64,000 nucleotides of DNA from an uncultured bacterium (GTDB taxonomy: Bacteria; Actinomycetota; Acidimicrobiia; Spongiisociales; ZC4RG35), in contig CAWGTX010000001.1 of NCBI GenBank assembly GCA_963825585.1, forward strand, positions 669,613-733,612, written 5' to 3'. Positions 55,332 to 64,000 of this stretch are shown here, piece after piece. The notes beneath the pieces were generated by a model, which was given only the letters and a program-made list of their open reading frames with translations, was not told where the DNA came from and made no database searches. The position numbers and the translations under genes are program-made. Within the stretch, counting starts at the first letter, position 1, and every line of letters starts with the position of its first letter.

Positions 55332-56732
55332 CTACCCGGCGCTGAGGCCGGCCTCGAGGTCTGCTTGCGCCTGATCGGCGAGGGCTTTCGCATCGTCCCA
55401 CTCGTTGTACGGTGTGAACCACGACGCTCCCTGCCAGGCATTCGCCCACTGCCCGGCACCGGTCGGTGCGACCCAGATCTGCTCGAAGGCGGTGCGATAG
55501 TTGGCGAGAAGCGGCGCAACCGCGTCACCAACCGTGCTGTCGAGCGTCGCCGTGGGCTGCGTGGGAATGAAGCCCGTTGCGTCCACGAATGCCTGGTAGT
55601 TGTCGGGGTCCGAGATGGCTGCGAGATACGCCTTTGCCACATCCGGGTTCGGCGTGTCCTCGGCGATCATGAAGCTGAGGTCGTACTTGCCGAACAAGTA
55701 TTGGTTGTCGGCCGGATCATCGGATCCCGGGACGGGAACGTAGGTCCAGGCGAAGTCGGGCTCGAAGCCTTCGAGGTTGGCGCCCTGCCACGTGCCGGTG
55801 GGCAAGAAAGCCACATCGCCGGCCGCGTACCGGGCCGTGGCCTCGTCGTGGCTGAGACCTGTCACACCCGGTTCGAGCATGTCCTGAGCATACACCTGGA
55901 GCTTCTCCATGAGCTCGAGGCCCTCACCCTCGTTCCACTTGATCTCGCCGGTCCACAGGCCTTCGGACAGCGCGGCCTGGTCGGGGAACTGTGCCCCGAG
56001 AATGCCGTAGGAACCCACGAAGATCGGCCACACGTCGCCGCCGCCCTGCGTCATGCAGGCGTAGTCGGCAGCGATGATGGTCTCACATGCGGCGACCAGT
56101 TCGCTCCACGTCGTCGGGATCTCCACTCCGACCTCGGCCAACAGATCGGTGTTCGTGAACATACCGCTGAAGGCGCTGCGACCCATGTTGATGGCGTACA
56201 CGCTCCCATTGAACGAACCGGCATCCTGGATGGTCGGCTCGTCGAAGTTCTGGACGAATGGCTCATCGGTGATGTCCATGATCAGCCCGGCCTCGATCAG
56301 CTGCTGCCACGTTGGGGGGGAGCTGATGCCCGACATGTACGGCTGGATGCCGTTGGTGAACCCAGCACATGGCGCCACGCAGTAGTCGATCACATCGACG
56401 TCTGACGCCGAGAGCCGGGTCTGGATCGAGGTGGGCATGTCCTCGGGAGTCACGACCGACATGTCGACGGTGACCCCGGGGTTCGCGGCCTCGAAGTCGG
56501 CGTTGAACGAATCCATGTACTCGGTGAACGCCGGGTTCTGGTGGATCAGCACCCGCAGGGTGACATCCTCGCCGGGGCTCGCGGCACCTGTGGTGTCGGT
56601 GCCGGCGGAGGTCGTCGCCGTTTCCCCACCGGTGGCCGCGGTCGTGTCTGCGCTGTCGTCGCCACCACAGGCCGCGATGACCAGCGCTAGAACGACGAGA
56701 AGCGCTGTCGCCAGGCTTCGTCTTTTCCTCAT
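55332..56732 (-). CDS. Carbohydrate ABC transporter substrate-binding lipoprotein
   Basis: Lipoprotein signal LVVLALVIAAC+G followed by a low-complexity linker and the SBP family 1 fold. Confidence 0.85.
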   Translation of the reverse strand: MRKRRSLATALLVVLALVIAACGGDDSADTTAATGGETATTSAGTDTTGAASPGEDVTLRVLIHQNPAFTEYMDSFNADFEAANPGVTVDMSVVTPEDMPTSIQTRLSASDVDVIDYCVAPCAGFTNGIQPYMSGISSPPTWQQLIEAGLIMDITDEPFVQNFDEPTIQDAGSFNGSVYAINMGRSAFSGMFTNTDLLAEVGVEIPTTWSELVAACETIIAADYACMTQGGGDVWPIFVGSYGILGAQFPDQAALSEGLWTGEIKWNEGEGLELMEKLQVYAQDMLEPGVTGLSHDEATARYAAGDVAFLPTGTWQGANLEGFEPDFAWTYVPVPGSDDPADNQYLFGKYDLSFMIAEDTPNPDVAKAYLAAISDPDNYQAFVDATGFIPTQPTATLDSTVGDAVAPLLANYRTAFEQIWVAPTGAGQWANAWQGASWFTPYNEWDDAKALADQAQADLEAGLSAG

Positions 56733-56782
56733 GATCAGTCCTCCTCGTACGAATCCGGGTTGCGCCCTCTTCTGCGACGCTA

Positions 56783-56796
56783 TGGGAGCGCTCCCA
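56783..56796. promoter_or_regulatory. CebR/CelR-type LacI-family operator, perfect 14-bp palindrome TGGGAGCGCTCCCA
   Basis: Exact match to the CebR box known from Streptomyces/Thermobifida cellulolytic regulons. About 50 nt upstream of the SBP operon start. Confidence 0.6.
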
Positions 56797-56883
56797 TTCG
56801 ATGGGATCGCTGGTTCGACTATACGCTAGGCAAGCTATGAACGTCAAGGGATTGACCCGGCCGTCACAACTCGATAACTTCCC

Positions 56884-56897
56884 TGGGAGCGCTCCTA
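56884..56897. promoter_or_regulatory. Second CebR-type box TGGGAGCGCTCCTA (1 mismatch), upstream of LacI gene
   Basis: 13 of 14 positions match, in the divergent promoter region. A GGCAGAACGA x2 direct repeat lies nearby at 56955-56975. Confidence 0.5.
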
Positions 56898-57007
56898 CCG
56901 AAAGGGCTCCTCGAAGAGTGTCCTCTCCTCGAAGAGCGTTCTCATGGCGAACTAGGCAGAACGAGGCAGAACGAGATGGGAAGAGACCCGAGGACGAGGA
57001 AAGTGCG

Positions 57008-58135
57008 ATGAACCTCACGCTCGAAGACATCGGTCGACTGGCTGGGGTGTCGCGTTCGACCGTGTCTCGGGTCATCAACCACCATCCCAGCGTGAAGCCG
57101 TCGGTTCGCGAGCGGGTCGAGGAGGTGATTCGACGGACCGGTTACACGCCCAATGTGGCGGCGCGATCGCTCGTTTCCGGCCGCAGCGGCGTCATCGGCC
57201 TCGTCATCCCCAGTCGGGTGCACGCCCTCTTCGAAGATCCATACTTCTCTCGACTCATCCAAGGGATCAGCACCGCGTGCAACCAGGCGGGAAACACGCT
57301 GTCGCTGTTCCTGTTCCAGAACGAAGAGGAGGAGGGCGCCCTCTACCCGCGGGTGGTCACCTCCGGGTTCCTCGACGGTCTCATCATCACAGCCACCCGG
57401 ATGGCCGATCCTCTCCTGGCGAGGATGGCCGGGGGTGAGCTCCCGGTGGTGATGATCGGCCGTCCCGATGTGGGGGGGCTCAGCTATGTCGATGCCGACA
57501 ACCGTGGCGGTGCCCGGATGGCTGCGACGCATCTGATCGAACTCGGGTACGAGAGGATCGCTCTCCTCGGCGCCCCGGTTTCGACGACCGCCGGCGTCGA
57601 CCGGCTGAACGGCTTCATCGAAGGATTGGCGCTGCACGGACGAGCGCTCCACCCGAGCCTGCGAGTCGACGGCGACTATTCGGAGGCGAGCGGTTACCGG
57701 GGGATGTTGGAACTGATTCCCCGGAAGCCGAATGCCGTGTTCGTCGCCTCCGACACCATGGCGGTCGGCGCGCTCAGGGCGTTGCGCGAAGCGGCGGTAC
57801 GTGTCCCCGACGACATGGCGGTGGTGAGCTTCGATGGCCTTCCCGCATCGGAGAAGGCCGTGCCGCCACTCACCACCATCCGCCAGCCGGTCGCCGACAC
57901 CGGCGCCCGGGCGGTCGGAATGCTGAACAACCTCGTGATCGGGGCGGCCAGGGCGCCGATGGTCGAGATCATGCCGGTCGAACTGGTGATTCGGGAGTCC
58001 TCCGGAGGGACGAGATCGCCCGCCCAGCGCGAGGCCGGTGATCCGAGCCGGATGGACGGCGCGGGCGGCGAGCCGCTCCGGGATCCAGGAGATGTCGAAG
58101 GGGACGAAACGGACGAGGGAGAGAGGGAGCAATGA
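57008..58135 (+). CDS. LacI-family transcriptional regulator (CebR-like)
   Basis: HTH LEDIGRLAGVSRSTVSRVIN followed by a periplasmic-binding-protein-fold sugar-binding domain. ATG at 57008; acidic C-terminal tail. Confidence 0.85.
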   Translation: MNLTLEDIGRLAGVSRSTVSRVINHHPSVKPSVRERVEEVIRRTGYTPNVAARSLVSGRSGVIGLVIPSRVHALFEDPYFSRLIQGISTACNQAGNTLSLFLFQNEEEEGALYPRVVTSGFLDGLIITATRMADPLLARMAGGELPVVMIGRPDVGGLSYVDADNRGGARMAATHLIELGYERIALLGAPVSTTAGVDRLNGFIEGLALHGRALHPSLRVDGDYSEASGYRGMLELIPRKPNAVFVASDTMAVGALRALREAAVRVPDDMAVVSFDGLPASEKAVPPLTTIRQPVADTGARAVGMLNNLVIGAARAPMVEIMPVELVIRESSGGTRSPAQREAGDPSRMDGAGGEPLRDPGDVEGDETDEGEREQ

Positions 58136-61100
58136 TGAGCGGATCGATCTTCACGAAGAAACGGCGGGGCACGGCCGCCGTGGCGGTGCTGCTCGTGACG
58201 TCGCTGCTGGTGGCGGGGCCGGCGGTGCCGCCGGCAGCTCAGGCGGCCACCACCACGGTCGTCTTCGACGACATGGAGCACGGCGACCCCTTTGCAAACG
58301 GGTGGTTCAGCTTCGGCGGGGACGTCGGAGGGGGCGGCATCGCGGCCAACTCGACCGACCTGCCCCCCTTCGACGGCGGTGCGTTCTCGCTCGAGACCGG
58401 GTGGGGGTCGGGCGGTGTTCCGGGCTTCTACGGGGGATTCGGCCGAACCAGCCCGACCGATCTGACCGGGCTCGACCACCTGAACCTCTGGATCAACCCC
58501 GATCCCGGTCAGGACTACACCCTGGAGATCAATCTGCAGGACGACGACGACGCCGACACAGCCCCCGACGACGAGTTCCAGTACAACTGCGTCGTGGCGG
58601 CGGCGGGACCGTGCGCGATGGCTGGCGGCGGATGGCAGCTCGTCTCGATCCCCTTGGCAGACTTCCTCGACGACAACTCCTTCCTCACGGGCGGCAACGG
58701 TGTTCTCGGACCCGACCTGCTCAACGTGGTGATCGCCGTGATCGGCAACTCCGGGAGCGACGCCACGTTCCGCACCGACTACTGGGCGTTCTCGACCGGC
58801 CCCCTCTCGGGTGGGTCGACCGTCATCGACGACTTCGAGTCGCCCCTGACCGAAGGCTTCTTGACATTCAGCGACGGCAGCGCGATCTCGATCGCCCTGA
58901 CCGACGCCCCACCTGCTCCCGTTCCCGGATCGATCGCCGGCAACACCGTGCTCGACATGTCGGGTGACGTCGCCTCGTTCGCCGGGTTCGTTCACGCCTT
59001 CGACAGCGCCGATCCGGCCACCTGGGTCAGCCAGGACTGGAGCGGGTCGGAGGGCTTCCGGTTCTGGGTCTACGGGCAGAGCAGCGGGAACACCCTCTTC
59101 GTCGACATCCTCGACAATCGCAACCCGGGGTCGGCGGTCGACGACGCCGAGCGGTTCTCGGTCAGCTTCGTCGACGACTTCTCCGGATGGCAGCAACTCG
59201 AGTTCCCGTTCTCGGACTTCGTGCGCAAGGACATCGGCAACGGTGCTCCCAACGATGGCCTCACCCTCACCCAGGTCCACGGGTACGCCTTCGGCCTGCT
59301 CAACACGGGTGGGGCCCGGACCTACTACTTCGACGACGTCGAGCGGTACGGGGTAGCGGAGATCCCGCCGTTGGCCGTGACCTTCTCCAACGCCAACTTC
59401 GACGTGACGGAGGGCGACAGCGGATCGTTCACCATCAAGCTGAACCGGCCGATGAACGCCGACGACCCTGCCGAGGCGACGGTGCAGTACACGTCCGAGC
59501 CCTCCTCGGCGACGGCCGACCGCGACTACCTGCCGGTCGCAGGCAGCGTCACCTTCCTCAACGGTGGTCCGTCCGAGGTCGCCGTGGCGTTCACAACCAT
59601 CGAGGACAGCAAATGGGAGGGCAATGAGCGGGCGATCCTCCGGCTCTCCAACCCCCAGGGGGCCGAAGCCGGGTTCCTCATGCAGGCGGCGGCGACCGTC
59701 GTCGACGACGATCCGTACGAGCCGTTCCTGCTCGATGACTTCGAGCGGTCCCCCGACCTGTGGGACTCGACCGACAACGTCGAACTCAGCCGGATCGAAC
59801 TCGCCGCCGGCGACACCCTCGCCCGCCCCGGGCAGGACGACTTCGAGGGCGTCCTCCAGGTCGAGGGGCCGCTCGCGGTCGACATCCTGATCGAGGGCAA
59901 CCCCTGCTCCGCCGGCAACGGTGTGGTACCGGTGGCGCTGCTGAGCACCGCCGACTTCGACGCCACCACCGTCGACCACGCGACGGTGACCGTCGGCGAC
60001 GCCACCGAGACGCACACCAGCGGACGCAACAAGACCCCGACCCGCCACGAGGAGGACGTCAACGGTGACGGACTCACCGACCTCCTCTTCCACGTCCGCG
60101 CCAACGAGATCGGCGTCGAGTGCGGCGAGCCGATCCCGTTCAACGGCTGGACCTACGACGGCCGGCCGGTCACGGCGGGCGGGTCCGACGCCGGTCTCAT
60201 GCGGGACTTCCCGATCGGCCAGGACTGGACCGACGGCGAATCGCTGACCTTCTGGTACCACGGCACCGGAACCGGCGACACCGTCACCGTCCATCTCGCC
60301 GACAACCGCGCTCCCGATCCGGGGCCTGCGGGCTGGACGCTCGCCTGGGCCGATGAGTTCGGCGACCCCGCCGGCACGCCCCCGAGCGCCGCCAATTGGG
60401 GATATGAGATCGGCGACGGGACGGTGAACGGGATCCCCGGTTGGGGCAACGACGAGTTCCAGTACTACACCGACGATCCCGCCAACGCCTCGACCGACGG
60501 ATCGGGCAACCTGGTCATCACGCTCGACGAGGCGGACGGATCGCTCCTGTGCTACTACGGCGAGTGCTCGTACACCTCGGCGCGGCTGGTCACCAAGCAC
60601 AAGGCCGAGTTCGCCTACGGTCGGATCGAAGCCCGCATCCAGGTTCCCGACGGTGAGGCGGGTCTGTGGCCGGCCTTCTGGAGTCTCGGGACCGACATCG
60701 ACGTCGTCGACTGGCCCCAGACCGGTGAGATCGACTTCATGGAGTACGTGAGCCGTCTGCCGAACGAGATATTCGGCACCATCCACGGCCCGGGCTACGC
60801 AGGAGGCCAGAGCTTCGGCAACGTCTACGACTTCGACGGGCCGGTCGCCGACCAGTTCCACACCTTCACGATCGAATGGCAACCGGATCGGATCGACTGG
60901 TTCGTCGACGGCATCCAATACCACTCGGCGACCCCGACCGACGTCGCCCCCAATCAGTGGGTCTTCAACGACGCCGTCTACCTACTGCTCAACATGGCGA
61001 TCGGAGGCAACTTCGGAGGGACCATCAGCGAGGACCTGACGCTCCCGCAATCGATGAAGGTCGATTACGTGCGGGTGTACCAGGGCCCCGACACCGCCGA

Positions 61101-61446
61101 GCGGTTCGAGGCGAGCTTCGCCGACGACACCGAGGGTTGGCGTCTGGTCGAGGTGCCGTTCGATGCCTTCACCCGGTCCGCCGACCAGCCCGAGGGTGCG
61201 CCCAACGACGGTCTCGGACTGGACGAGGTGTGGGGCTACGGGTTCACCCTGCCCGACTCGGGTCTGCCCGAGGGTGTCACCTGGTTCGACCAGGTGCGCG
61301 TGAAGGAACTGCCTCCCCCCACCGAGCTGGTGGTGACCAGCCTCGCCAACGATGGCGCCGGCTCGCTGCGCGAGGCGGTGGCCCGGGTCGCCACCGGCGG
61401 AACCGTCACCTTCGATCCGGCGCTGGCCGGGGGAGGATCGAACTGA
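58132..61446 (+). CDS. Secreted multidomain GH16 beta-glucanase (signal peptide, CBM-like beta-sandwich modules, Calx-beta domain, GH16 catalytic domain EIDFME, C-terminal CBM-like module)
   Basis: Signal KKRRGTAAVAVLLVTSLLVAGPAVPPAAQAA. GH16 motif GEIDFMEY. Calx-beta-like segment VTFSNANFDVTEGDSGSFTIKLNRP. ATGA overlap with the LacI gene. Confidence 0.8.
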   Translation: MMSGSIFTKKRRGTAAVAVLLVTSLLVAGPAVPPAAQAATTTVVFDDMEHGDPFANGWFSFGGDVGGGGIAANSTDLPPFDGGAFSLETGWGSGGVPGFYGGFGRTSPTDLTGLDHLNLWINPDPGQDYTLEINLQDDDDADTAPDDEFQYNCVVAAAGPCAMAGGGWQLVSIPLADFLDDNSFLTGGNGVLGPDLLNVVIAVIGNSGSDATFRTDYWAFSTGPLSGGSTVIDDFESPLTEGFLTFSDGSAISIALTDAPPAPVPGSIAGNTVLDMSGDVASFAGFVHAFDSADPATWVSQDWSGSEGFRFWVYGQSSGNTLFVDILDNRNPGSAVDDAERFSVSFVDDFSGWQQLEFPFSDFVRKDIGNGAPNDGLTLTQVHGYAFGLLNTGGARTYYFDDVERYGVAEIPPLAVTFSNANFDVTEGDSGSFTIKLNRPMNADDPAEATVQYTSEPSSATADRDYLPVAGSVTFLNGGPSEVAVAFTTIEDSKWEGNERAILRLSNPQGAEAGFLMQAAATVVDDDPYEPFLLDDFERSPDLWDSTDNVELSRIELAAGDTLARPGQDDFEGVLQVEGPLAVDILIEGNPCSAGNGVVPVALLSTADFDATTVDHATVTVGDATETHTSGRNKTPTRHEEDVNGDGLTDLLFHVRANEIGVECGEPIPFNGWTYDGRPVTAGGSDAGLMRDFPIGQDWTDGESLTFWYHGTGTGDTVTVHLADNRAPDPGPAGWTLAWADEFGDPAGTPPSAANWGYEIGDGTVNGIPGWGNDEFQYYTDDPANASTDGSGNLVITLDEADGSLLCYYGECSYTSARLVTKHKAEFAYGRIEARIQVPDGEAGLWPAFWSLGTDIDVVDWPQTGEIDFMEYVSRLPNEIFGTIHGPGYAGGQSFGNVYDFDGPVADQFHTFTIEWQPDRIDWFVDGIQYHSATPTDVAPNQWVFNDAVYLLLNMAIGGNFGGTISEDLTLPQSMKVDYVRVYQGPDTAERFEASFADDTEGWRLVEVPFDAFTRSADQPEGAPNDGLGLDEVWGYGFTLPDSGLPEGVTWFDQVRVKELPPPTELVVTSLANDGAGSLREAVARVATGGTVTFDPALAGGGSN

Positions 61447-62399
61447 GCGGGCCGATCGTCGCCACCCGCGACATCACGGTCGACGCATCGAATGCTTCCG
61501 GCCTCACCCTCGACGGGCGGGGCATCGACCGGGTGCTCATTGTCGAAGCCGGGGCAACCGTGGCCGTGAGCCACCTCACGATGGCCGACGGCTACGGCTT
61601 CCAATTGGCGGGTTGCGTGCTCAACAACGGGGCGTTGACCCTCGACACGGTGACGGTCACCGACTGCGAGATGACGACCGACGCAGGCGACTTCTGGCAG
61701 GGTGGCGGCGGGATCTACAACGGTGAGAACTCGGCCCTGCACCTGATCGACAGCACCGTGTCGAACAACTCCAGCGGCTGGGCCGGAGGCGGCGTGTACT
61801 CCTTCTTCGGCTCGTCGACCACGCTCGAGCGGAGCACGATCAGCGGCAACACCGCCCAGGACGTCGGTGGTGGACTGCGGCTTCTCTCAGGCGCCACGGT
61901 CGTCAACTCGACGGTCAGCGGCAACACGTCGACCGGCTGGCACGGCGGGGCGATGTTCATCACCGACGGTGTGGTCGACATCACCAACGGCACCATCGCC
62001 GGCAACGGCGCCCCGGCCGGCACGGCCGGTGGCCTCTTCGTCGGCACGTTCGGCGCTTCGGCGGCGGCACTCAACCTGCAGAACACGATCGTCGCCGGCA
62101 ACGGCGACCTCGGATGTTTCCAGGGGTTCTTCGGCGCCGGCGCAGTGACGCTGACCTCGCTCGGGAACAACGTGTTCACCGACGGCACCTGCAACTCGGT
62201 GGCAAGCGATCAGGTGGTGGCGGATGTCGGGCTCGGGGTTCTCGCCGACAACGGCGGCCCGACTCGGACCCATTCACTGCTCGAAGCCAGCCCCGCCCTC
62301 GACGAAGCCGATGCCGCGGCCTGCCCCGTGACGGATCAACGGGGCGTGCCCCGTCCGCAACGGGCGGGGTGTGATGTCGGAGCGTTCGAGTTGGAGTGA
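61440..62399 (+). CDS. Right-handed parallel beta-helix repeat domain; probable out-of-frame C-terminal continuation of the GH16 protein
   Basis: Read in the frame of ORF 60876..62399, the sequence continues IELSGPIVATRDITVDASNASGLTLDGRG and then the beta-helix repeats. The upstream ORF ends ...TVTFDPALAGGGSN* at a GGGGG run. Confidence 0.5.
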   Translation, partial: ELSGPIVATRDITVDASNASGLTLDGRGIDRVLIVEAGATVAVSHLTMADGYGFQLAGCVLNNGALTLDTVTVTDCEMTTDAGDFWQGGGGIYNGENSALHLIDSTVSNNSSGWAGGGVYSFFGSSTTLERSTISGNTAQDVGGGLRLLSGATVVNSTVSGNTSTGWHGGAMFITDGVVDITNGTIAGNGAPAGTAGGLFVGTFGASAAALNLQNTIVAGNGDLGCFQGFFGAGAVTLTSLGNNVFTDGTCNSVASDQVVADVGLGVLADNGGPTRTHSLLEASPALDEADAAACPVTDQRGVPRPQRAGCDVGAFELE

Positions 62400-62415
62400 C
62401 AACCTCCCGATTCGT

Positions 62416-62439
62416 GGGTTCCGGCCTCGGCCGGAACCC
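62416..62439 (+). terminator. Candidate hairpin GGGTTCCGGCC-TCG-GCCGGAACCC between beta-helix ORF and GH3 gene
   Basis: Perfect 11-bp stem with a 3-nt loop; no U-tract. Confidence 0.4.
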
Positions 62440-62470
62440 ACGCACCCACCTACTCCAGGATCAACCACCA

Positions 62471-64000
62471 TGACCGCCAGCTCCGTGAACATCGATCTTC
62501 TCGTCGACGCGATGACCGTCGCCGAGAAGATCGGGCAGATGACACAGGTCTCCAACGACAGCATCACCCCGGCCGAGGTGGCCGACCATTTCATCGGGTC
62601 GGTGCTCAGCGGTGGGGAGGGCAACCCGACGCCGAACACTCCCGCGAACTGGGTCGACATGGTGGGCGGCTTCGTCGACGCCGCCGCCGGCAGCCGCCTG
62701 GGGGTTCCTCTCGTCTACGGGATCGACGCCGTGCATGGGCACAGCAACGTCCGGGGTGCCACGATCTTTCCCCACAACATCGGCCTTGGCTCGGTCGCCG
62801 ACCCGGACCTGGTCGAGCGGATCGGGCGGGCAACCGCCACCGAGATGCTGGCGACCGGCGTGCGGTGGGCCTTCGCTCCTACGGTGGCGGTACCTCAGGA
62901 CCTGCGCTGGGGCCGCACGTACGAGGGATATGGGAGAGACCCGGGGCTGGTGGCGACGCTGGGCGCCGCACTGGTCCGCGGGCTCCAGGGCTCGGAGATC
63001 GGCACGGCGAGAGTACTGGCATGTCCCAAGCACTTCGTGGCGGATGGAGCCACCTCATGGGATACCGCACCCCACTTCGACTGGACCGATTGGTGGGACG
63101 GTTGGGGGGATGGCTGGCGAATCGATCAGGGCGATGCACGGATCACCGAGGACGAGTTGCGTGCCGTTCACCTCCCGCCCTATCGGGCCGCCATCGATGC
63201 CGGCGCCATGACCGTGATGGCGTCGTACAGCTCCTGGAATGGTGTCAGGCTCCACGAGCATCAGCGGCTGCTCACCGATGTCCTCAAAGGCGAGTTGGGC
63301 TTCGGTGGATTCGTCGTGACCGACTGGATGGGAATCGACCAGATCGGGCCGAACTACGACGAGGCGGTGGTGAAGGCCATCAATGCCGGCATCGACATGG
63401 TCATGGTTCCGATCGACTACCAGCGCTTCCTGAACGCCATGAAGCGAGCAGTCGCCGACGGCGACATCGCCATGGGGCGGATCGACGATGCGGTGCGACG
63501 CATCCTCACGGCCAAGGCGGCCGCCGGACTGTTCGACCCAGTCCCCGATGCCCCACCGTTGAGCATGATCGGCTCAGCGGCACATCGAAGCCTCGCATCC
63601 GAGGCCGTGCGACGAAGCGCCACCCTGCTCAAGAACGACCGTGCCCTGCCCCTCGCCCCCACCACTCGAACGATCCGGGTGGCCGGGCCCGCCGCCGATG
63701 ACATCGGCCTCCAATGCGGAGGGTGGACCGTCGGTTGGCAGGGCGGAATCGGTTCGACGACCGAAGGCAGCACCCTGCTCGAGGGCCTGCGCAGCTCCGT
63801 CCCGTGCGAGGTGGCATACGACCCGTCCGGCGTCTTCCCCGATGGCGGTGGGGCCGACGTGGGTGTCCTCTGCATCGCCGAGCCGCCCTACGCCGAGGGC
63901 CCCGGCGACTGCGCCTCGCCCGAACCGAGCAGCGAGGATCGGGCGATCTTCTCCCGGATGCGAGCTTCGAGCCACATCCTCATCCTGGTGGTGTATTCGG
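62471..64000 (+). CDS. GH3 family beta-glucosidase (BglX-like), 3' end beyond window
   Basis: Manually translated open frame from the ATG at 62471 to the window end. It is absent from the ORF track because it has no stop. GH3 motifs KHFVADG and GFVVTDW (catalytic Asp). Confidence 0.85.

Noticed and set aside
57694-60924. 1076-aa minus-strand ORF
   Set aside because: Antisense to the LacI and GH16 genes. Low-complexity Gly/Asp/Arg/Val composition with no motifs.
60876-61439. N-terminal 188 aa of ORF 60876..62399
   Set aside because: An out-of-frame read-through of the GH16 catalytic region (Arg/Gly/Pro-rich). Only the part from about 61440 onward encodes the beta-helix domain.
1-64000. CRISPR arrays, rRNA, tRNA
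   Set aside because: No direct-repeat/spacer periodicity, no rRNA-like conserved blocks, and no convincing tRNA cloverleaf (no GGTTCGAATCC-type T-arm) were found in the non-coding stretches examined. The short tandem repeats present are 7-mers without spacers.

Overview
High-GC (about 68-70%) actinobacterial-type chromosomal window, gene-dense, with most high-scoring antisense ORFs in the track being GC-driven artefacts. This is a cell-envelope glycan accessory region joined to core metabolism, read in order below.

(1) 1-11.9 kb, surface polysaccharide locus: CapD/WbpM-like dehydratase (5' truncated), NodB polysaccharide deacetylase, GT4 glycosyltransferase, a PAPS-type sulfotransferase, a FemAB-like and a GNAT acetyltransferase, an SLH-repeat secreted protein overlapping a Tat-exported beta-helix-like protein, then a Wzm/Wzt-like ABC-2 exporter followed directly by a second sulfotransferase.

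(2) 13-17 kb: a sugar ABC uptake operon.

(3) 17.5-23.6 kb, candidate novel carrier-protein system: a tightly overlapping 6-gene minus-strand operon encoding ACP, a DltA-like amino-acid adenylation enzyme, two acyl-CoA-dehydrogenase-like proteins and two paralogous alpha/beta-hydrolase-fold proteins, one of which lacks a nucleophile. Together with the FemAB-like and NodB genes this resembles the exosortase/PEP-CTERM-associated EPS gene set.

(4) 26-33.4 kb: lpdA and an E2 (dlaT/sucB-like) gene carrying an exact 212-nt tandem duplication of the lipoyl domain plus a homopolymer frameshift, a decayed NUDIX pseudogene, and an apparent LipB-LipA fusion ORF.

(5) 33.7-36 kb: a second GT4 plus NodB deacetylase pair.

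(6) 37.0-41.75 kb, second candidate system: a 6-gene minus-strand operon encoding a MauE/DoxX-like CGC-motif membrane protein, a Tat-signal protein that is extremely Cys-rich and carries an FG-GAP propeller, a TlpA/MauD-like CxxC thioredoxin, a membrane protein, a hypothetical protein and an SLH protein.

(7) 41.8-48.6 kb, complete PAPS supply module: SLC13 anion transporter, CysQ-like PAP phosphatase, cysD, cysN and a separate cysC, feeding the two sulfotransferases.

(8) 48.7-52.3 kb: FAAL plus chorismate-lyase-like plus PaaK-like adenylating trio.

(9) 52.4-64 kb, beta-glucan utilisation locus: GH16 lipoprotein, ABC importer, LacI/CebR-type regulator with canonical TGGGAGCGCTCCCA boxes, a 1104-aa multidomain GH16 apparently frameshifted onto a beta-helix C-terminal domain, and a GH3 beta-glucosidase that runs off the window.

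Also noted: a dispersed (GCTGGCT)n/palindrome intergenic repeat family at five 3' intergenic sites, and a duplicated ACP 3'-end fragment next to an inverted-repeat-flanked low-GC segment. No rRNA, tRNA or CRISPR array was recognised.
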